Shown in pieces: positions 63,601-64,000 of a DNA stretch of 64,000 nt (positions are counted from its first letter, which is position 1; each line of letters starts with the position of its first letter). Origin of the DNA: Mytilus californianus. Lineage: Eukaryota. The notes beneath the pieces are model-generated. The model was not told the DNA's origin and did no database searches. It saw only the letters and a program-made list of their open reading frames with translations. The DNA lies in assembly GCF_021869535.1 (NCBI RefSeq), contig NW_026262686.1, positions 1,736,001 to 1,800,000 of the forward strand. The letters are read 5' to 3'. Position numbers and translations under genes: made by a program.

Positions 63601-63780
63601 CTGAAAATTCCGTAGTATAGTCTAGGAATTCTAACCATTCTTCGAAAAAAGTGGTTGTTTTCAGTTTATTGTTTCGGGATGGCGGGGGACGATACACAAC
63701 AAATAGTCGGAACAGGTTGGAATTAATGCTACATTCGAGAAGTTCAAATTGCGTGAGCTGTTTTTTGCGCTTGATTGGTT
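60610..63780 (-). mobile_element. 5'-truncated L2/CR1-group LINE with 3'UTR and (TAA)n tail
   Basis: Uninterrupted ORF2; 3' end aagcgctttgag...tagcgctatag followed by (taa)n; no ORF1 and no obvious TSD. Confidence 0.92.
61127..63778 (-). CDS. LINE ORF2 (partial APE endonuclease + reverse transcriptase)
   Basis: YRPP, GDLN, TH..GHTLD and DH (EN); [35 protein letters not shown] and YADDTQIY (RT); LHWLP C-terminus. The frame stays open about 27 codons upstream of the listed GTG. Confidence 0.93.
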   Translation of the reverse strand, partial: PIKRKKQLTQFELLECSINSNLFRLFVVYRPPPSRNNKLKTTTFFEEWLEFLDYTTEFSGEIIIVGDLNFHLDDVSDCGGRRFTESLSDRGLVQQVDGPTHIRGHTLDVIISRENSSILLGEPSIEDTQIYNDKSNASLDHFAVHSRINLSKPARLKKSLTIRKINNIDVESFKADIDTNCFIHNNDPDIENLVKSHNSDLKAVLDKHAPVQTKIITMRPNTEWYGDKIRKAKVERRKAERTMRKTKLEVHKLIYKELCVTSNKILIQSKTNYYSNKISDIGNDHKKLFKLTNGLLGNSNDVILPSHQSEFELSNRFGHFFLEKIENIRTSLLSANNSIDDIDPLRADIRFEGNTLTNFHPASIDEVSKINLKVSSKSCELDPIPTTLLKTCVNSIASNITMIINKSLSTSTVPVSYKEAIVRPLLKKPGLDKDTLKNYRPVSNLPFDSKVLEKVIESRLEEHLLSNTLHDPAQSAYRAGHSTETTLLRVHHDIASALDKNCCAVLLMLDLSAAFDVIDHNIIEARLEYAFGISGSALKWLLSYLRDRTQRIAVGSAHSNEFRLNCGVPQGSVLGPKLYTIFSKPIGEICRRHNMSYQCYADDTQIYLVFEPLDNWKNTSNRIEDCLADISSWMCVNMLKLNEDKTELMLFAPKNRVKDLKDCNLTFKGNIITSSECIKNLGVHFDKTLSMHQQVSSVSRSCFYQIRNIGRIRPYINEDACKTLVNSLIISRLDYGNALLYGLPAYMIQRLQRVQNTAARVVTRKKKYEHITSTLESLHWLPVQYRVQYKILLYVFKSVKHEAPLYLSELVNLYTPSRSLRSENNLTLVTPIVRTKTYGNRRFDQAAAILWNALPKKLQNAKSVPVFKKNLKTHFFRQAFLIP

Positions 63781-64000
63781 AAACGCTAAACGCAAAAAAA
63801 GGTAAAAATCGTCATTAAAGGGCAATAACTCTAATAAGGAGTCGACTGACGATTTCGACCATGCAGAATTATTTGTGGAACTTGTCTTGATGGTTATTTT
63901 TGCAATTTAAAGTTTCTCTCTATCTATTATAATTTTCAAGATAATAGGCAAAAATATAAAAAAGGTAAAATTTGTCATTTAAGGGAAATAACTCCTATTA
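63781..64000. mobile_element. Internal repeats of a Helentron-like element related to 6282-6898 (other half at about 60330-60609)
   Basis: Shared aaagggcaataactc and tctattataatttt..aagataata motifs at about 6385, 60470, 63820 and 63985. Confidence 0.6.

Noticed and set aside
61764-63620. Plus-strand ORFs overlapping the LINE
   Set aside because: Antisense shadows of the ORF2 frame.

Overview
AT-rich eukaryotic DNA, most likely a bivalve mollusc. Mytilus-like is my inference from recalled dispersed-repeat families and is not database-verified. (1) About 202-26154, minus strand: a multi-exon GH13_1 (fungal/Dictyostelium-type) alpha-amylase. I assembled ten GT-AG exons by hand; phases are consistent except for a +1 frameshift in an A6 run in exon 2, and the extreme 3' end is unresolved. 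(2) About 36600-59970: a tandem segmental duplication carrying two 3-exon PhyH-like Fe(II)/2-oxoglutarate dioxygenase paralogs. The second has ATA where the first has ATG. (3) A young 5'-truncated L2/CR1-group LINE with an open EN-RT frame, several LINE/Penelope relics, nested TTAA/TA TIR elements and Helentron-like elements. (4) Roughly half the window (sum of approximate array spans) is minisatellite or satellite. The most unusual signal is that several tandem arrays are built from the host genes' own splice junctions. The amylase exon-1 donor is repeated in-frame (66 bp, 22 codons), the exon-4 acceptor is repeated about 29 times (46 bp), and the dioxygenase intron-2 acceptor region is triplicated in one paralog. 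No prokaryotic operons, CRISPR arrays or rRNA genes are supported.
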